Shown here piece after piece: positions 38,474 through 52,150 of a DNA stretch of 60,000 bases (within the stretch, counting starts at the first letter, position 1; each line of letters starts with the position of its first letter). Origin of the DNA: Lama guanicoe (lineage: Eukaryota); the NCBI GenBank assembly GCA_013239625.1, contig MU054187.1, forward strand, positions 5,219,757-5,279,756, read 5' to 3'. Under the pieces are notes generated by a model. It did not search any database. It saw nothing but the letters and a program-made list of their open reading frames with translations, and had not been told where the DNA came from. Position numbers and translations under genes: made by a program.

Positions 38474-40879
38474 CTTTTTAATTGTTGTTGATTGGCTACC
38501 AAATAGTGTTTTGGTAGAATAACTATGTTGCTAAATTGACTAATTTATTGTATTTTTAAAAAGTTAAAACCCAAGTTGGGGTTTGATATAAAGAAATCAA
38601 AGAAATCAGATAGAGTAAGATACCCACCTTACTAATTGCGAAGTTCTGTAAATACTGGGTGGTCTAGATTTGTTTGCCCACAAGGACTGAATGAACTTAG
38701 ATTACTGTATACCTTTCCTGGCTTATAGGAAGCTTCAAGCCATCCAGTCGGCATGCCCAGGTAATTCACTGTTTCTTCAGAATTTTTTTTCTGTTAAGGA
38801 ATTAAAATTTTTTTTCTTGATTTTTGTCTCTAACAAGAGAAACCTAAGAACATTCTGTGCATAACCATTATGAGAAGGAGCCTTTTTGCTTTTAAGTTTC
38901 TTGACTTCCTGATTTCTTTGTCTCCTTGACCTTTTTTGGTACTTTTGTTTTTTCTTATTAGATGTTTCTTAGAAACCAGCTGCTGCTCCTCCTTTTACCC
39001 CTTACCTGGGTACTGTTTCACTCTTATCACTGCTATCTTCCTCCTTCTGGTAACTTGATTAATATAAATGTCACTAGACTATTTATCATCAGCCTAAAAT
39101 TTTCCAGACACTTCATAGCTTGGTCTCTGGCACAGATTCTGTTTTTAGAAAAAAAACCTATTTTTATTTTTCAAGTACTTATTTTCTGAAAACACATCCA
39201 AATAGGTTTCAACAAAGCATTTTTCTCAATAAATACAAAAGGATTTCTGTACAAAACTGTTATGGGGCCTAGATTCAAAGGCTTCATTAAAAGCAACAAA
39301 CCTATAAATAAATAAGTGATTCAAAACTAGATATTTTCCATTTTGTATTGTATACTTTGTAAGCTACAATTAAGTGGGAGTAGTAAAAAAAAAATCGCTG
39401 AGTAAATATTAAGAAAGATGACTTGGAAATTTAAGTGTTTAAAAAATATTGGTATAATTTTCTTGAATGCAAAGGCAAACTTCCCACCCCATTCATTTGA
39501 CCTATTTCTCAAGAAAAATTTCATTTAAGAAGCCAACAAGAAAAAATACTGGAAGACATATGGTTCTTTCCCTTAGCTAAAAATGAAATGAACTAAGGAA
39601 AAAAAGGGAAAAGAATGAAAATGTTATAATTTTATGCCATTTTAAAGCAGATCACAAATATTTTTATTAGATTTCACAATGCCACTATAAAGTACAAAAA
39701 TGAAAAAAAAAATCAAAACAATTTACTGGTTGTGTGAGAGAGAGAAAAGGTAGGTTGAGGCAGTGGGAGACTGGTGATTTTATAAAGTATTATGTTTTGG
39801 AAAAACAAGGCCATTAAATAAATGACTGCCAGGAAAGGTGAGACACAGAGCAATAAGGACTCACTGCAAAAACAACAAAAGGCTCACAAAAATTAGTGCT
39901 CATAGCCTCCAGAGATTTGCAAAAGTCATAGAGACTTCATTATATTGCTATTGCTGCATTGAGTATAATACTGAAAAAAAAAAGGAAAACTAAGTGTTGA
40001 AAATCAATGAAATGGTGGAGTTTATGGTATGCTTCCTGGATATCATATCATATAGCCATCGTTCCAGGAATTTTAGAGGCCTTATCATCACAAGGCGAAT
40101 CCTTCTGCTGTGACCTTCTGAGAGAAGTGGAATGCAAATCATCCACAGGGGGAGGCGATGAAGTAAGTGTTACTTTTTGTGTAAGCAAAGCATATGGAAA
40201 CGCAAAAGAAGACGCACTTGCATCTGAATGAGAGTTTGAGGAAAAGTTCTCAAGAAGCCAACATTTCAGCTATCTTTAGGGGGATCGTGGGATTCTGATA
40301 GGCACACAAGTGGCGGGGAGGGACCAGGAATGCGCAGGGAGGAAGGGGGCACCCGGAGAAGAGGCAGGGGTGTGGCCAACACGCAGGAGCTGTCCAGGAT
40401 GGGGCAGGCAGCATTGGGAGGTTAGGATGCTGCGGAACTGTGAAAGACCTTGAGCATGATGCTAAAGACTTCAGACTTGATTATGCCAGCCTTGAGGACA
40501 GGTCTGCTGGCCACCTTGAGAAAACAACTGATGTAGTGACGGAAGTCGAAGCAGAAGAAGGGAGTGATGTGAAATTCATCTATTATCTTTTTATTTTTAA
40601 GCAGCTTTTAATAAATCAGATGTCCTGAGTGCCTTGATTTTTCCTTATTTTAAAATGTTTAAAGCATTTAAATTGACATGTAAATTTGATACAAAAGCAG
40701 GAACAGAAAGAAAGATGCTATGTAAATACTTATGTCTGCTAACTTTGTTTCAGTGTTTCTGTTTCTATACTTAACAAAACTCCAACGTGAGTGAATTTGC
40801 TGAAGACCAGGTGTGAGTGTCAACTATGAGCTTTTCCAAGTGAATTCCAACAGAGCCTCAGTTTCCATTCCTATAACCA

Positions 40880-41240
40880 ATCATATTTATTATTTACAAA
40901 CACTGCACAGGGCTTGTTAGATGCCAGGCACTCTTCCAAGTGTTTTTTTTTTTTAAGAACAATTTTAATTAGATTAATTCTCATATAATTCTGCATAGCA
41001 CTTCTAATTTTTATTATTTGTTAATTTTTTGTTTTTTTAATAGAAGTACTGGGGATTGAACCCAAGACCTCATGCATACTAAGCATGCGCTCTGAGGATG
41101 AGCTATTCCCACACCCCCGAGCAGTTCTAACTTTATCTCTGTGTTAATGATGGGGAAACCGAGGCTCAGAAAGGTTAAGTAACTTGCCAGTTAGTGGCAG
41201 AGCCGCGATTAGAATCCAAGCGGTATGGCACCAGGATTTC
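40880..41240 (-). mobile_element. MIR SINE interrupted by a tRNA-SINE
   Basis: 'atgccaggcactc' upstream of the insertion and 'gatggggaaaccgaggctcagaaaggttaagtaacttgcc' downstream. Confidence 0.8.
41011..41119 (-). mobile_element. tRNA-Ala-derived SINE (short form)
   Basis: 'gtactggggattgaacccaagacctcatgcatactaagcatgcgctct'. TSD agca(c/g)ttctaa(t/c)tt at 40997-41010 and 41120-41133. Confidence 0.88.
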
Positions 41241-43526
41241 TCCTCTTGAACTCTGCTTTATTCTGCTTCTCAGTAAAAATAATAATAATGCAATGAGAAT
41301 ACGAGAGAAATATAAAAATAATGACAGTGCAAGAATGTAATGATAATATTGCCACAGGACACTGACTGGTGTGAGCACGTGCTCTGCTCTGTAATTTTTC
41401 TGACATTCCTATTTATTCCTCCAGTAACTCTGACAGGTAACTTTGGCAGTTACCTCTATTTCCCGCATCTGTATCTCGTGGTCTCACAGAGACAGGATTC
41501 AGCCCAGGGTGAATTTTACTGCAAAGCTGGTGCACTTACCATGTCTTCCCCAGTTCAGTGAGGAAACTGGACCAAGCAATCATTAGATTTGCATCTGGCT
41601 CCTCCCTGCCCTGATTCCCTGGTAGGGCAGCCTTGTAAAAAGATGTGAAAAAGAGGGCCCTGTGAAAAGAATCAGGAGCGCCTCTGACCCTGGTTGGAAG
41701 AACAGCGAGAGGGTTCAGTGGCTAGAGTGAAGAGTAGGTCTTCCTAGCAAAATGGGAATAAACTGATCATTTAAATGTTTCAAAGCTGAATTTCAATATT
41801 GTTTCATTAGAGCTGATGTGAGAGAAATTAATCTTACAAAATGATGGTGTGTTTCCTGTCCCTAGCAAGGTGCCTGGCAGAGGAGGAATGTTCAGAGAAT
41901 AAATAAATATTAAAAATTAGAATTTTTAGTAATTAGAAAAGTACTTTCTTCCCACCATACTGGCCATCTTTCACATTCTCTGTTCCACTGATAGACAATG
42001 GTTAAATTATTTGGTCTGAAACTTGCTGCCAGTAGGATTGCGCGTGTACTGGTACCCAGCCGTACCTAAGGGAATTTCTCAGAGACCGTAGGCTCCACCC
42101 CTTACCTTCTCACCGCGGAATAGGCAACTGCAAAACTAGATCCTTCAACTGCTTGGTCGTTAAGAAATCCAGCTTGGAGAATCGACCTTCAGGAACAGAC
42201 TTTTAAAAATGGTTTCACAAGCCCATCGGAACAAAAAATCCTGAATGATACGGTCCCCGTATTTGTGATGCTGATGTCATGTGCTCTGAAAGCAGGCTTT
42301 TCTTTGCCTTCTGTAGGGAGTATAAGAGTGAAATAATACTGAAAAATAAAATCCCCCGAAGAACCCTGCTTTGTACTCCATAGGTACCGTAAGGGTCAGG
42401 CAGCGGAGGTAATTCCCGGGAGATGGAGCTATTTTTGTGCAACTCATTAAGTATGCTTATGTCTGCAAAGAAAGAAACGTCTTTGCATTTCTTACTCATT
42501 GTTCCTTTTAATATTTTATAGCATTTAGTTACAATGAAAATAAATATTCAGCATTAATGGAAGTCAGAAAGAATCCTGTTTAGAAGAGTCTATTAATATA
42601 CCACTTTGTGGGTTAAGGAATAGAGAGGTCTTGAGTGGAAATGTAGTAATTAAGTGGCTTCAATGTGACCACAGAGTTAAACTGGAATTAAGAAGCATGG
42701 CAATAAAAAAGTCTATAAAGCCTTTTTTTGGAATATCTGGAAATAACCTGATACATAGCATAACGTATCTGCCTTAATCAATGTATTTATGCTCTATTAT
42801 TTGGACCTCTCCTGGCATCTCATTATAGCAATGGTCTCTGGAATCTATTGTCTCACAGATAAATGCTTAAAAAATTAAAATTATTTTGACTTCAGTAACT
42901 AATGACTTCCAGCCTCAAATCTCTGTTTTTGCTTTACCATTTAAATTCCTTTTTTTTTTGTTGTTTTTGCATATTTTCCAATTTCATTTTACCCTTCCTG
43001 AATTGTGGCCACTAGAACTATGAAAAATATTACAGGCACAGATGCACAAGAATTTGTTTCATTCCAATGCCCTATGACATGATGCCCACCATTTGTTAGC
43101 CTTTTGAGCTGCAAAGGTACCTGATAGTAAAAGCTGGCCTCCCTCCCAGGCAGTTACCACTTTATTGTTAGTAAAACCTTCCTTCCAAAGATCTGAAGTG
43201 CTTGGCATTGGCTGGTGGTTCTGTTCCCCAGAATGGAGGTGGCCTCACCCTGGTGGGTAATTGCAAAGACCTTTGATCAAGGGAACTGGTTTATTGAATT
43301 GCTTGGGAAAGTTTAAGGTCTGCTACCTGTAGGAGGCGTGGAGGAAGCACATCAGACTTACTCCAAAGCTGGCTTTCTGTGCACCCGCAAGGCTTGTCTT
43401 TGTGATAGAACTTGAAAGGACTTGAACGAAAGTGTGTTAATGGGTAATGAACAGGGCCATGAAAGAAACCTGTGCACAGTAATAATATCAGAAACTGTTT
43501 CTTGAGTATTTACAACGTCTTAGCTC

Positions 43527-43617
43527 CTGTCTGTCTTCTGTCTGTCTGTCTATCTATCTAATTTCGTCTATCATCTACCTATCTTTGTATGTATGTATGT
43601 ATATATATATGTGTGTT
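43527..43617. repeat. Compound (TCTG)/(TCTA)/(TATG)/(TA) low-complexity repeat
   Basis: Read directly. Confidence 0.8.
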
Positions 43618-43729
43618 TGTATAGTCTGATTCCCATTTAAAAAAAGCCAGATAAGCTAGCCAGATTCTCATGCACCTTTTATAGAAGGGAAAATGTGGTT
43701 TGGAGTTTAAGTAACTTGCATTACCAAAA

Positions 43730-43823
43730 GAGGCGGCGTAGAGCTCAGTGGTAGAGTGCGTGCCTAGCATGCATGAGGTCCTGGGTTCAATCCCTGGTAC
43801 CTCCATTAAAAAAAATAAATAAA
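43730..43823 (+). mobile_element. tRNA-Ala-derived SINE (short form) inserted in a MIR (~43660-43900)
   Basis: agctcagtggtagagtgcgtgcctagcatgcatgaggtcctgggttcaatccctggtacctcca plus an A tail. The flanks share 'taacttg'. Confidence 0.88.
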
Positions 43824-44084
43824 CACATAACTTGTGCTATTAAGCCATAGGCTGAGATTTGAAGATTTGAATTCAGGTCTGTCTGATGGCAAAGACTGTA
43901 TACACTTTTTCACTGTAATTGAGAAGACCACATATATTATATACTGTAACACAGAAGCTCAGTCTTGGTTATTACAATCAACAATTACTGATCAGTCAAG
44001 AACAGACCATCACTACAGTTCTCCGTACACAACTACGCTTATAACACGTCTACGGATCAATCACAATCACTATATCACTGTGAT

Positions 44085-44635
44085 CTTGATTAGCTGAGTC
44101 TGTAGGTTGCTTTGGGTAGTATGGGCATCGTAACAATGTTGAATCTTCCAATCCAGAAACACGAATGTCTTTTCACTTTTTTTGTGTGTCTTGTTTTCAA
44201 CTTTATTGAGGTCTAACTGGCATTTAGTGTGTTTCTTAAATTTCTTTCATCAATGTTTTCTAGTTTTCAGTATACAAGTCTTTTCCTCCTTAGTTAAGTT
44301 TATCCCTAAGTGGTTTTTTGAGGGGTTTTTGGTGCTATTTTAAATGGAATTGCTTTCCTAATTTCCTTTTTATTTACTTAGAGTTTCATTGTGTGGTGGA
44401 GGGGAGAGGACATAATTTTTTTAACAGAGATATAATTGACATACAACATTGTATTAGTTTTAGGTGTACAATATAATGATTTGATACATGTATACTGGGA
44501 AATGATTACTGGAATACATTTAGGTAACATCCATCACCACACATAATTATAATTTTTTTCTTTATTTTTAATGTAGGCCTTAAGTGATAAGAACTTCCCT
44601 CTTAGAAATGCTTTTGCTGCATTCCGTAAATTTGG
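44085..44635 (-). mobile_element. Cluster of L1 fragments (ORF2 pieces with nested 3' ends)
   Basis: 'tctgtaggttgctttgggtagtatgggcat...ttcagtatacaagtcttt'. A nested 3' end 'gagatataattgacatacaacattgtattagttttaggtgtacaa' lies at ~44417-44560. Confidence 0.75.
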
Positions 44636-44989
44636 GTCTGCTGATTCAAGAGATAAAAGCTGCTTTCAATGGAGATGGAACAGAAGACTTTAAAGTCACC
44701 ACCGTTCCATTTATTGGTATGTGACTAGGGCCTGAGTATGTAAAGGCCTTTGAAACAAATTTGAGAAGCTAGGCTATGGTTCTCATAGAATACTTTCATG
44801 GAGACCTAATAGCTCTGGGTAAGAGTTCTAAACATGCTGTGCTTCTGTTTCTATGACGAGCTAGACTCTGGCTCCAGCCTGCCCTGGGTCATTTATAACA
44901 CAAGGATGATAGAGCAGCACTATCCTTTTAACATTTATATGTTTATGATTAAATTCATGTCGAGTGATAAACCTAAAGTAACCATATTA

Positions 44990-46322
44990 AATTTTTAATA
45001 AACTTTTCTAAAAGCACAGTTTTAGATGCACGTAAACATCATGAGAATACCACTAGGCGGTCTCGCACACCCTGCCCCCAGCTCCCCCCGTCACTCACGG
45101 CTTACACGGCGTGGTGCGTGTGTTGCAGGTGGTGGACCAGTACTGGTACATGATGAAGTCCACATTTATTCAGATGTCCTTAATTCTTACCTACTGCCTT
45201 TCTTTCTCTCCCAGGGCCCATTCAGATACCACACTGTATTTAGTCATCATGTCTCTTGGCTGTGACAGTTTCTCGGACTTTCCTTGTTTTTGGTGACTCT
45301 GATGGTCTTGAGGAGCACTGGGCAGGTGTTTTGAGGAGTGTCCCTCGACTGGGATTTGTCTGAGGTTTTTTCCTGTGACTAGAGTGGGGCGTTGTGTTTT
45401 GGGGAGGAAGATCACAAAGGTAAAGTGCCATTTTAATCCCATCGTGTCAAGGGAAACTACTATCAAAGTGAATAATCCCTGTGATGTTGACCTTGAACAC
45501 CTGGTGCAGGCAGTTATGTTTGTCAAGTCTCCTCAGTGTAAAGGTACCCTGTTCCCCACCCCGCCTTTTGAGAGTGTAATCTTTAGAAGGAAGTGCAGCC
45601 TGCACTTAAGGAATGAGGGCTGAATATCCTCATGAATTATTTTGGAAATCTTATTTATTTATTTATTTGCATGACTATGGATGCAAAAACATTTGATAGT
45701 TTCATTATAATCCAGTATTGCTCTATTTATTTATTTTTTGCTTACATTGTTGGAGAATTGATCATTGGTAACTTTTCCTGTTGACTTCTATGTCCCTCTC
45801 CATACCTCTGCTGCTGTGTGTGTGTGTGTGTGTGTGTGTGTGCATTTACCACCTTCTTACTTCCTGGCACTGTGAGATATTACAGGCTCTTCCTGTATAT
45901 CTCCCATCCCAGTCCTAGATTTAGCCATTTCTCTGAGGAGTCACTGTATTCGACAAAGATATTAGAAACCAAGATCTGGGTCTCAAGTGTGCTCCTAGTT
46001 TCTGGGGTGTCACTGTTTCTGAGCCCTCTCAGCTGGGAGAGAAAAGAAATGTGTGTGTGTATACGCATATACCAACACATACAGCAACCTATGTGTACAC
46101 ACACAGCTACAAGTATATCCATATGTACATGTAACCATCTGTATCTATGAATTCATCCTGATGTCTGCAACTTGAATCCACTGACGCTTGGGTCATTCTC
46201 GCCTTCTCCCCTTGCTTATCTGTAGACTCTGATTCCCACAGTGAGACGCCTTCCTCCCAGTGGCCACCATCCATTTACTCGATCACCCAATTCAACATCT
46301 ATGATTAATTGTTGATCCAGCA
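44990..46322 (-). mobile_element. L1MC/MD-like 3'UTR
   Basis: 'aagcacagttttagatgcac', 'gaagatcacaaaggtaaagtgccatt', 'ttagaaaccaagatctgggt' and 'acagtgagacgccttcctcccagtggccaccatccatttact'. Contains a (TG)n at ~45815-45842. Confidence 0.8.
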
Positions 46323-47929
46323 GGTCTCCGAGTTGTTCTCGGCAGTTGTCAGTTATACTCTCAGGAATCGCTAAACTCTCCCTCTCACAACAACAGAAAC
46401 AGTGAGAATTGTTTTCGTGTTGATACCTTTGGACATACTTGCATTGATTTGCATTGTTATTTTTTTCTCATATGTGAAAATTCTGAAACCAAACCCTGGA
46501 TGTGTTCGATGATTTGGTCAACATTTCTAAACGTAAATTTCTGCCACCTGCCACCCAGCAAGCTGACCACAAGGCACGTGGTTGTCATCTCTTCAGGCTG
46601 AATTACCGTCAGTGGCAGCACTGCCGGCTTTGGGGCCCCATTGCTCCTTCTGCGGCGCTCGTACCTTCCTCCCGGTGGTCCCCGCGGCCGGGTCCCTCTG
46701 TGTATCTCATTTCCAAAAACTGTTGTTCTGACGTCTGCCAGTTAATCTGCATATGATTCAGTTGATGAGGCCATCAGGGACAGCCCTTTCCAATAACTTT
46801 AGGATTTAAATATGGGCCTTTAAAGACCCCAAAGCATCATGAAATATAAATGGTTTTATTTCTAATAGTGAAATTTCAGGTACAGGTATTTCCAAGGAGA
46901 GGGTCTTAGCCAATGCTTCTCAAATTACATCTGTTAACATACCTACTTATGGATCAGTCCAAATGATGACACCTTTCTGTATGTACATGACTTTCATTTT
47001 CTTGCCCTTAAACAGGTCCTAGAGAATTATTTTTGGAACTCAGATCTCACTTTAAACGCATGTATGACTTGGCGTTTTGTTTGTTTGCTTGTTTGTTTGT
47101 TTGTTTTAATTCATCTTGGAATTTAGCCTGAAAAACAGTGACTTTACATTGTTCAATAAACATTCCAACAACCAAAAGGACATGCTGTCAGAATCTTAAT
47201 TAGAGTGATGTTATGGGGCACTTCCACAAAACAGCATGAGTACTTACACAGAACAATCCTTAACACCCCCAGCGAGTAACAATGTCTGTGAAGAATGTAA
47301 TGACAGTCTTTCCAGATGGACCCAAGTCACTTTTTTTTTATAAAACTAGTTTCTTAAACATAATGTAAGCTATCCTATAGATTTTTACTTTCCAGACTCT
47401 ATATTGTGGAATGATATGCCAAATAAAAGGGTCCTTTCGGTTGCAGACATTGCAGAATACTCCAGAAAAATTAGGGGAATGCATAGCAAGACAATTAAGT
47501 GAATAGAAGTGGAGAAATTATAGGTGGAACATTTAAGAAAATCAGTGTAGAAAAACTAAGTCTTTCCACATGTGAAAAATATCCCTGTAAAAAAAATATT
47601 AAAGTAAATGACCTAAACGAATTGAACTGTATCAGAACTGAATTCAAATAAAGTACTGCTTAAGTCGGTGGTAAACAGAAAGGCCAAAGGCAAGCATTAC
47701 AAACAGAAAAGTTTATGAGTTGCAGCAGATGGAAAGAATCTTGGGAGAGTATGCTGAAAACAGATTCAGGGGTTTGCTAGTGCTTGTTTCAAAATGATGC
47801 TAGTGCTGCCGCATCCCTGGGCCTTCTGCTCAGGGCGCTGTCCCACCCGCGGCTTCCTCAGCTGAAGGGAGACGCTGGCGAGGTTAAGCGTTAGCCAGCT
47901 TCCCATTCTCCCAGGTGCGAGCTGATTAA

Positions 47930-48353
47930 ACAGGTTTAGTTCAAACTTTTCCCAGATAATTCACTAGGAACTGCCCTGCGAATGTTGGATTTTGATCTTC
48001 TCGCGGGCTGGGACACACACTGGGACCCTGTCTCCTGATGCTGGACAGCGGCAGTGAGTTCCAGCTCATCCCGGGGTCACCATCCCGAGGGCAAACCGCC
48101 CGCACACTGACAACCATTCTGCTCTTCACGTCCAGCGCGGCATGCAATAAATTACATGAGATGTTCAACACTTTCTGAGAAGACAGGTTTTTGTGTTAGA
48201 TGATTTTGCCCAGCTGAACGCTGGTGCAAGTGTTTTGAGCATGTTTAAGGCAGGCAAGGCTAAGCTATGATGTAGGTGAGGTGCATTAAATGCATTTTCA
48301 ACTTAGGATGGGTTTATCAGGAGATAACTCCTTTGTAAATCGAGGCCTATTTG
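47930..48353 (-). mobile_element. TcMar-Tigger non-autonomous element (MER47/Tigger5-like)
   Basis: 'gatgattttgcccagctg...tttaaggcaggcaaggctaagctatgatg...attaaatgcattttcaacttaggatgggtttatc' matches the recalled MER47 consensus in reverse. Confidence 0.85.
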
Positions 48354-49063
48354 CATATGTATACATACGTGTGTATGTATAAGTGTATTTTCACATTTTT
48401 TTCTTAGTGTGTTGTATTAATATAATTTTTTTCAGAGCTATATTACAATGCACGTAAAGATTTGGAATCTGCCTAGTAATATATATTGAACATCTTTTTG
48501 GTCAATAAATATTCTATTGCAAATTTAATTTTAACTACTGTGAGCGAGGGAGAGGGAGGATACTAAGCTGTCAGACCTGATCGGATGGCGGATGGTGGGA
48601 CTCAGAAATACTGAAAGAAGTGGAGAGAAGTTTAATCTTGAAATGTCTGCCTTAAGAGGTCTGAGTTTGATCGTGGGTCTGAATTATCTCTCTTGGCAGC
48701 AGAAATATTCCCTTGAAACAGATACAACTTGTAGTAGTTCCCTATCTACCTGGCCCTTATTTTTCCTTCTCATTCCTATTTTTATCAGAATGCTTTTAGT
48801 TACCAGGCTATGGCCATGTCTGGCATGCTTTGAACAGTCCCAGCTGCCAACCTGCATTTCATGTCCTGTCCTGATCAAGATTACCCGGGCAGAATGACAT
48901 CCTGCAGCCTTTTTTTTTTTTTTTTTAAAGAAATCCTATGGATTTACTTTGAGTAAGATTGGCATTGAAATGTTAGGTAAAAATAGTAATCAAAATGGTA
49001 GCAATTTTTAACTTGGCTGTAAGCTTAATTGTCTGAAAATTAAGACAAAAGTGTGAACCTCAC

Positions 49064-49228
49064 GGGAGAGGGTAGAGCTCAGAGGTAGAGTGTATACTTA
49101 GCATGCATGCGGTCCTGGGTTCAATCTCCAGTACCTTCATTTAAAAAAATTACAAATAAATAAATAAACCTTATTACCTCTTCCCCCAAAAGAAAAGAGA
49201 AAAAGCAAGAAAAAAATGAAAAAAAAAT
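49064..49228 (+). mobile_element. tRNA-Ala-derived SINE (long form)
   Basis: A/B boxes, an A-rich linker, an 'aaaccttattacctcttccccc' extension and a second A-rich tail. Confidence 0.88.
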
Positions 49229-51671
49229 CTTGCATCATGCTAACTGTATGCTACAGGGTGGGGGGGGGATTAGTTTGGTAGAACACCCTTGGTGAAAGAT
49301 GTCAGAATGAGATCGGTTTTCCTCCTAAATCGACCTCTAAGCAGTCATAGGCTCTTGTTGGCATCTTTAAAATAAGAAATAAAGGGCTTTAAGCATATTT
49401 CCAAACAGACACATATTTATTGTGTACAATTTAGAAAATACAGAGAAGGAAGAAAGAAAAAATAAGTATTTCACAATTAGATTTGGGGTTCTCATTGAAA
49501 AGTAACTGTGTATTAGTGTAGTCTGATGGAGCTGGGTAAGGGCAGTTTGCTAACAAGAGGATCAGCCCCATTGATGAAGGGTCTTCTTTCCGAGACTCGA
49601 CATGGTAAGTTAGGTGGACACAGAATAACAGTAACAGGTCTTGAATGGTGTTGCCCACACACGACCCTGGAAATTTTGTTTAGGAGCCCAGGACTGGTTA
49701 TTTACAAAAGCATGCTCATTTCTGTATCTGAACATATCAGTCTAACCTAAATGTGAAGTTTATTAACTGCTTTGTGGTGTGAAGAGCCTAGAGGTTTCTG
49801 TGGGAGGAAATGTGACATAATTTTCACAGCTTTTTTTTTTTAATTCAACACATTCAGAGAAATGTACAACCTGTAGTTTCTGTTATTTCCATAATGGAAA
49901 ATACTGCTTAATAAGTGGAGGCAAAATGAATTTAGTAACATGTAAAATTAAAATTCTAGTATTCTGATTTTTCGTAATTCTGTCTTGACCCAAGTGTGAA
50001 TAATGGTCAAAGCAGATGCTAGTTATAAACAAACATAAAATCAAGTTTATAGTTAATTGAAAACTGACTAGTCAAAATTATTGAGAAACTGAACGTTTCC
50101 ATGGACATACACACACTCTACCTCTTAGCGAACTTAGAAATTGACTTAACTTACTGAAAAACCACTACTGTTTTTTCTAAGCCTGATAGAGTATTTAAGA
50201 GAAAGACACAAGACTTTTCAGGAGGGGAGAAGTCAGTGATGGAAATGAAAGAGCTTTAGCCCAAGTTAGAAAGCTTAAAAGAGAACAAGTCATTTTTTAA
50301 AAAGATAGCTACCTAGAAATCCTTTTAAATCTTAACTGATATTTTCATCCAGTAGAATTTTGTCTTATCAAGCGATACAGCTGATGATAAAAGAAAGCTG
50401 TAGTTCTCACTATCCCACTAATGGATATTAAAGCAAATACTTCTTACCTTCATTTATGCATAAAACTGAGATATGTCAAGGCCATAAAATAGAGTCTTTG
50501 GATATGAGGTAAGGGGGGAAAAAAGGGGGAAAAGGAAGGAAATACAGTCAAAAGAAAACTGATGCTAGATTTTTCCTAAAGGGAGTTTCAAGCTCAAATC
50601 GAAAATACTGGGTTTTGATAAAAGGACGGTCTTTATTTAACCATGGTTTCATTTTTGCTTGGATAACTGGAGGTAAAAAGATACTGCTTGTGTTCCATAT
50701 GTTACTCATTAGGTAGCAACAAAGATTCCAAACAATTATTTTGTGCATCAAGATTTCTGCTGAGTGTCAGTTATGGCCTCTAAGTGTACAGTCCCCAAAC
50801 TCACCTGGATTCCCAGGTTCCATAGAGGGTACAATAATAAATCTCAGGTAGACCAATTATCTGCACAGGTAATGTTCTTACTTGTTCATATATGTTTGGC
50901 ATAGGAATTCTGTAATTCACTGACCAACTGTTCCTGGCCATGTTTTCTGGGGTTTCCATATAAACTTGTAGGAAATGATAAGGTCATAAGGTACACATTC
51001 AAGTTTGGAGCCATTAACTTCATGTTATATGTCACATATAATAACCTCAGATAGACTTTAATCTGTGGATTATTCACATGTGCAAAATCCTGGCAGTAAA
51101 ACCATAACTAGTGTAGTAATTAGACAGTTCAAATGAAGCTAGAGTTATAGCATGAGTTAATATCCTACAGAATATTATTATTCTTATTCTTATCTATGGA
51201 TTTGGCTTAAAAATTTTTTTCTTCTGGTAAGCAAAATTCTTTAGTGTTTGTGTACTATAGTAGGTAGATTTACAAGATAAGTAATAAAAATAGGAGCACA
51301 TTATTTATAAATAGAGGCAATTTAGTAACAATTATTATTATGATTATTTGCTAAATGAAATATTGCGCTTATGAGTCTCTTCTTTTTTTGAAATTTCAAG
51401 CAGAATCAAAGTATACAGACACATAGTATTTGCATCGACTGTCCCATCCAGGGGTCTCCAAATCCTGTGTTTTATTTTGTGTGTTTTTTTCATGAATTCC
51501 CTCTTCTCTTGTGTGGTTTTGACGAGCTCTCGTTCATTCTTTCCTCCCCACCCTGCCATAAGTTGGCAACACTCCGTAGTTAAATCTCATCCTGGAAATG
51601 TTCCCTGACATTTTAGCCAAAATATAATCTGAAGTAATTCTCCTAATATTGTGGGAACACCTTTTGATTAG

Positions 51672-51676
<5 letters not shown>

Positions 51677-51702
<26 letters not shown>
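51677..51702. repeat. (TA)n microsatellite
   Basis: Read directly. Confidence 0.95.
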
Positions 51703-51703
<1 letters not shown>

Positions 51704-51754
51704 CAAATTACAATTTGAATGCGTTTAATGCATGTAAGAATATCCTTTATAAAT

Positions 51755-51903
51755 GATTCTCTCTTTTTCTTTGTTGGTGGGGGGAGGTAATTAGGTTTGT
51801 TTGTTTGTTTATTATTTATTTATAAACAGAGGTACTGGGGATTGAACGCAGGACCTCGTGCATGCTAAGCACATGCTCTACAACTGAGCTACACCCTCCA
51901 CCC
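51755..51903 (-). mobile_element. tRNA-Ala-derived SINE (long form)
   Basis: 'ggggaggtaattaggttt...gaggtactggggattgaacgcaggacctcgtgcatgctaagcacatgctctacaactgagctac'. Confidence 0.9.
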
Positions 51904-51984
51904 GGAATGTCGTTTTTTTAAGCTTATTTATACTTCTCTGTTTTAAATTGAATCTTAACACTAGACTCCCTCAGTAGTCCAATT

Positions 51985-52150
51985 GATAACCTTTACTGAA
52001 TAGCCAACTCTGTGCCAGATGTAATACCCATTAATTTATGAAAGAATTCCATGAGGTAGAAATCTTCATCCCCTTTTGGCATCTGCAGAAGTGGGGTTCA
52101 GAGAAGTCACATAAATTCCCCAAGGTGGCAGAGCTCCATTTGAGCACTGC
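51985..52150 (-). mobile_element. MIR fragment
   Basis: 'tgtgccagat...ccatgaggtag...ggttcagagaagtcacataaattccccaaggt'. Confidence 0.65.

Noticed and set aside
43730..43805. tRNA-Ala(AGC)-like gene (also at 1157, 2644, 38103, 41011, 49064, 51755)
   Set aside because: Acceptor stems are broken, the copies have A-rich tails, most have TSDs, and they are dispersed and mutually diverged. They are SINEs, not tRNA genes.
49526..49612. ATG-initiated short frame ending at a G|GTAAGT donor
   Set aside because: No promoter or acceptor context and no recognisable peptide, so it is not supportable as an exon.
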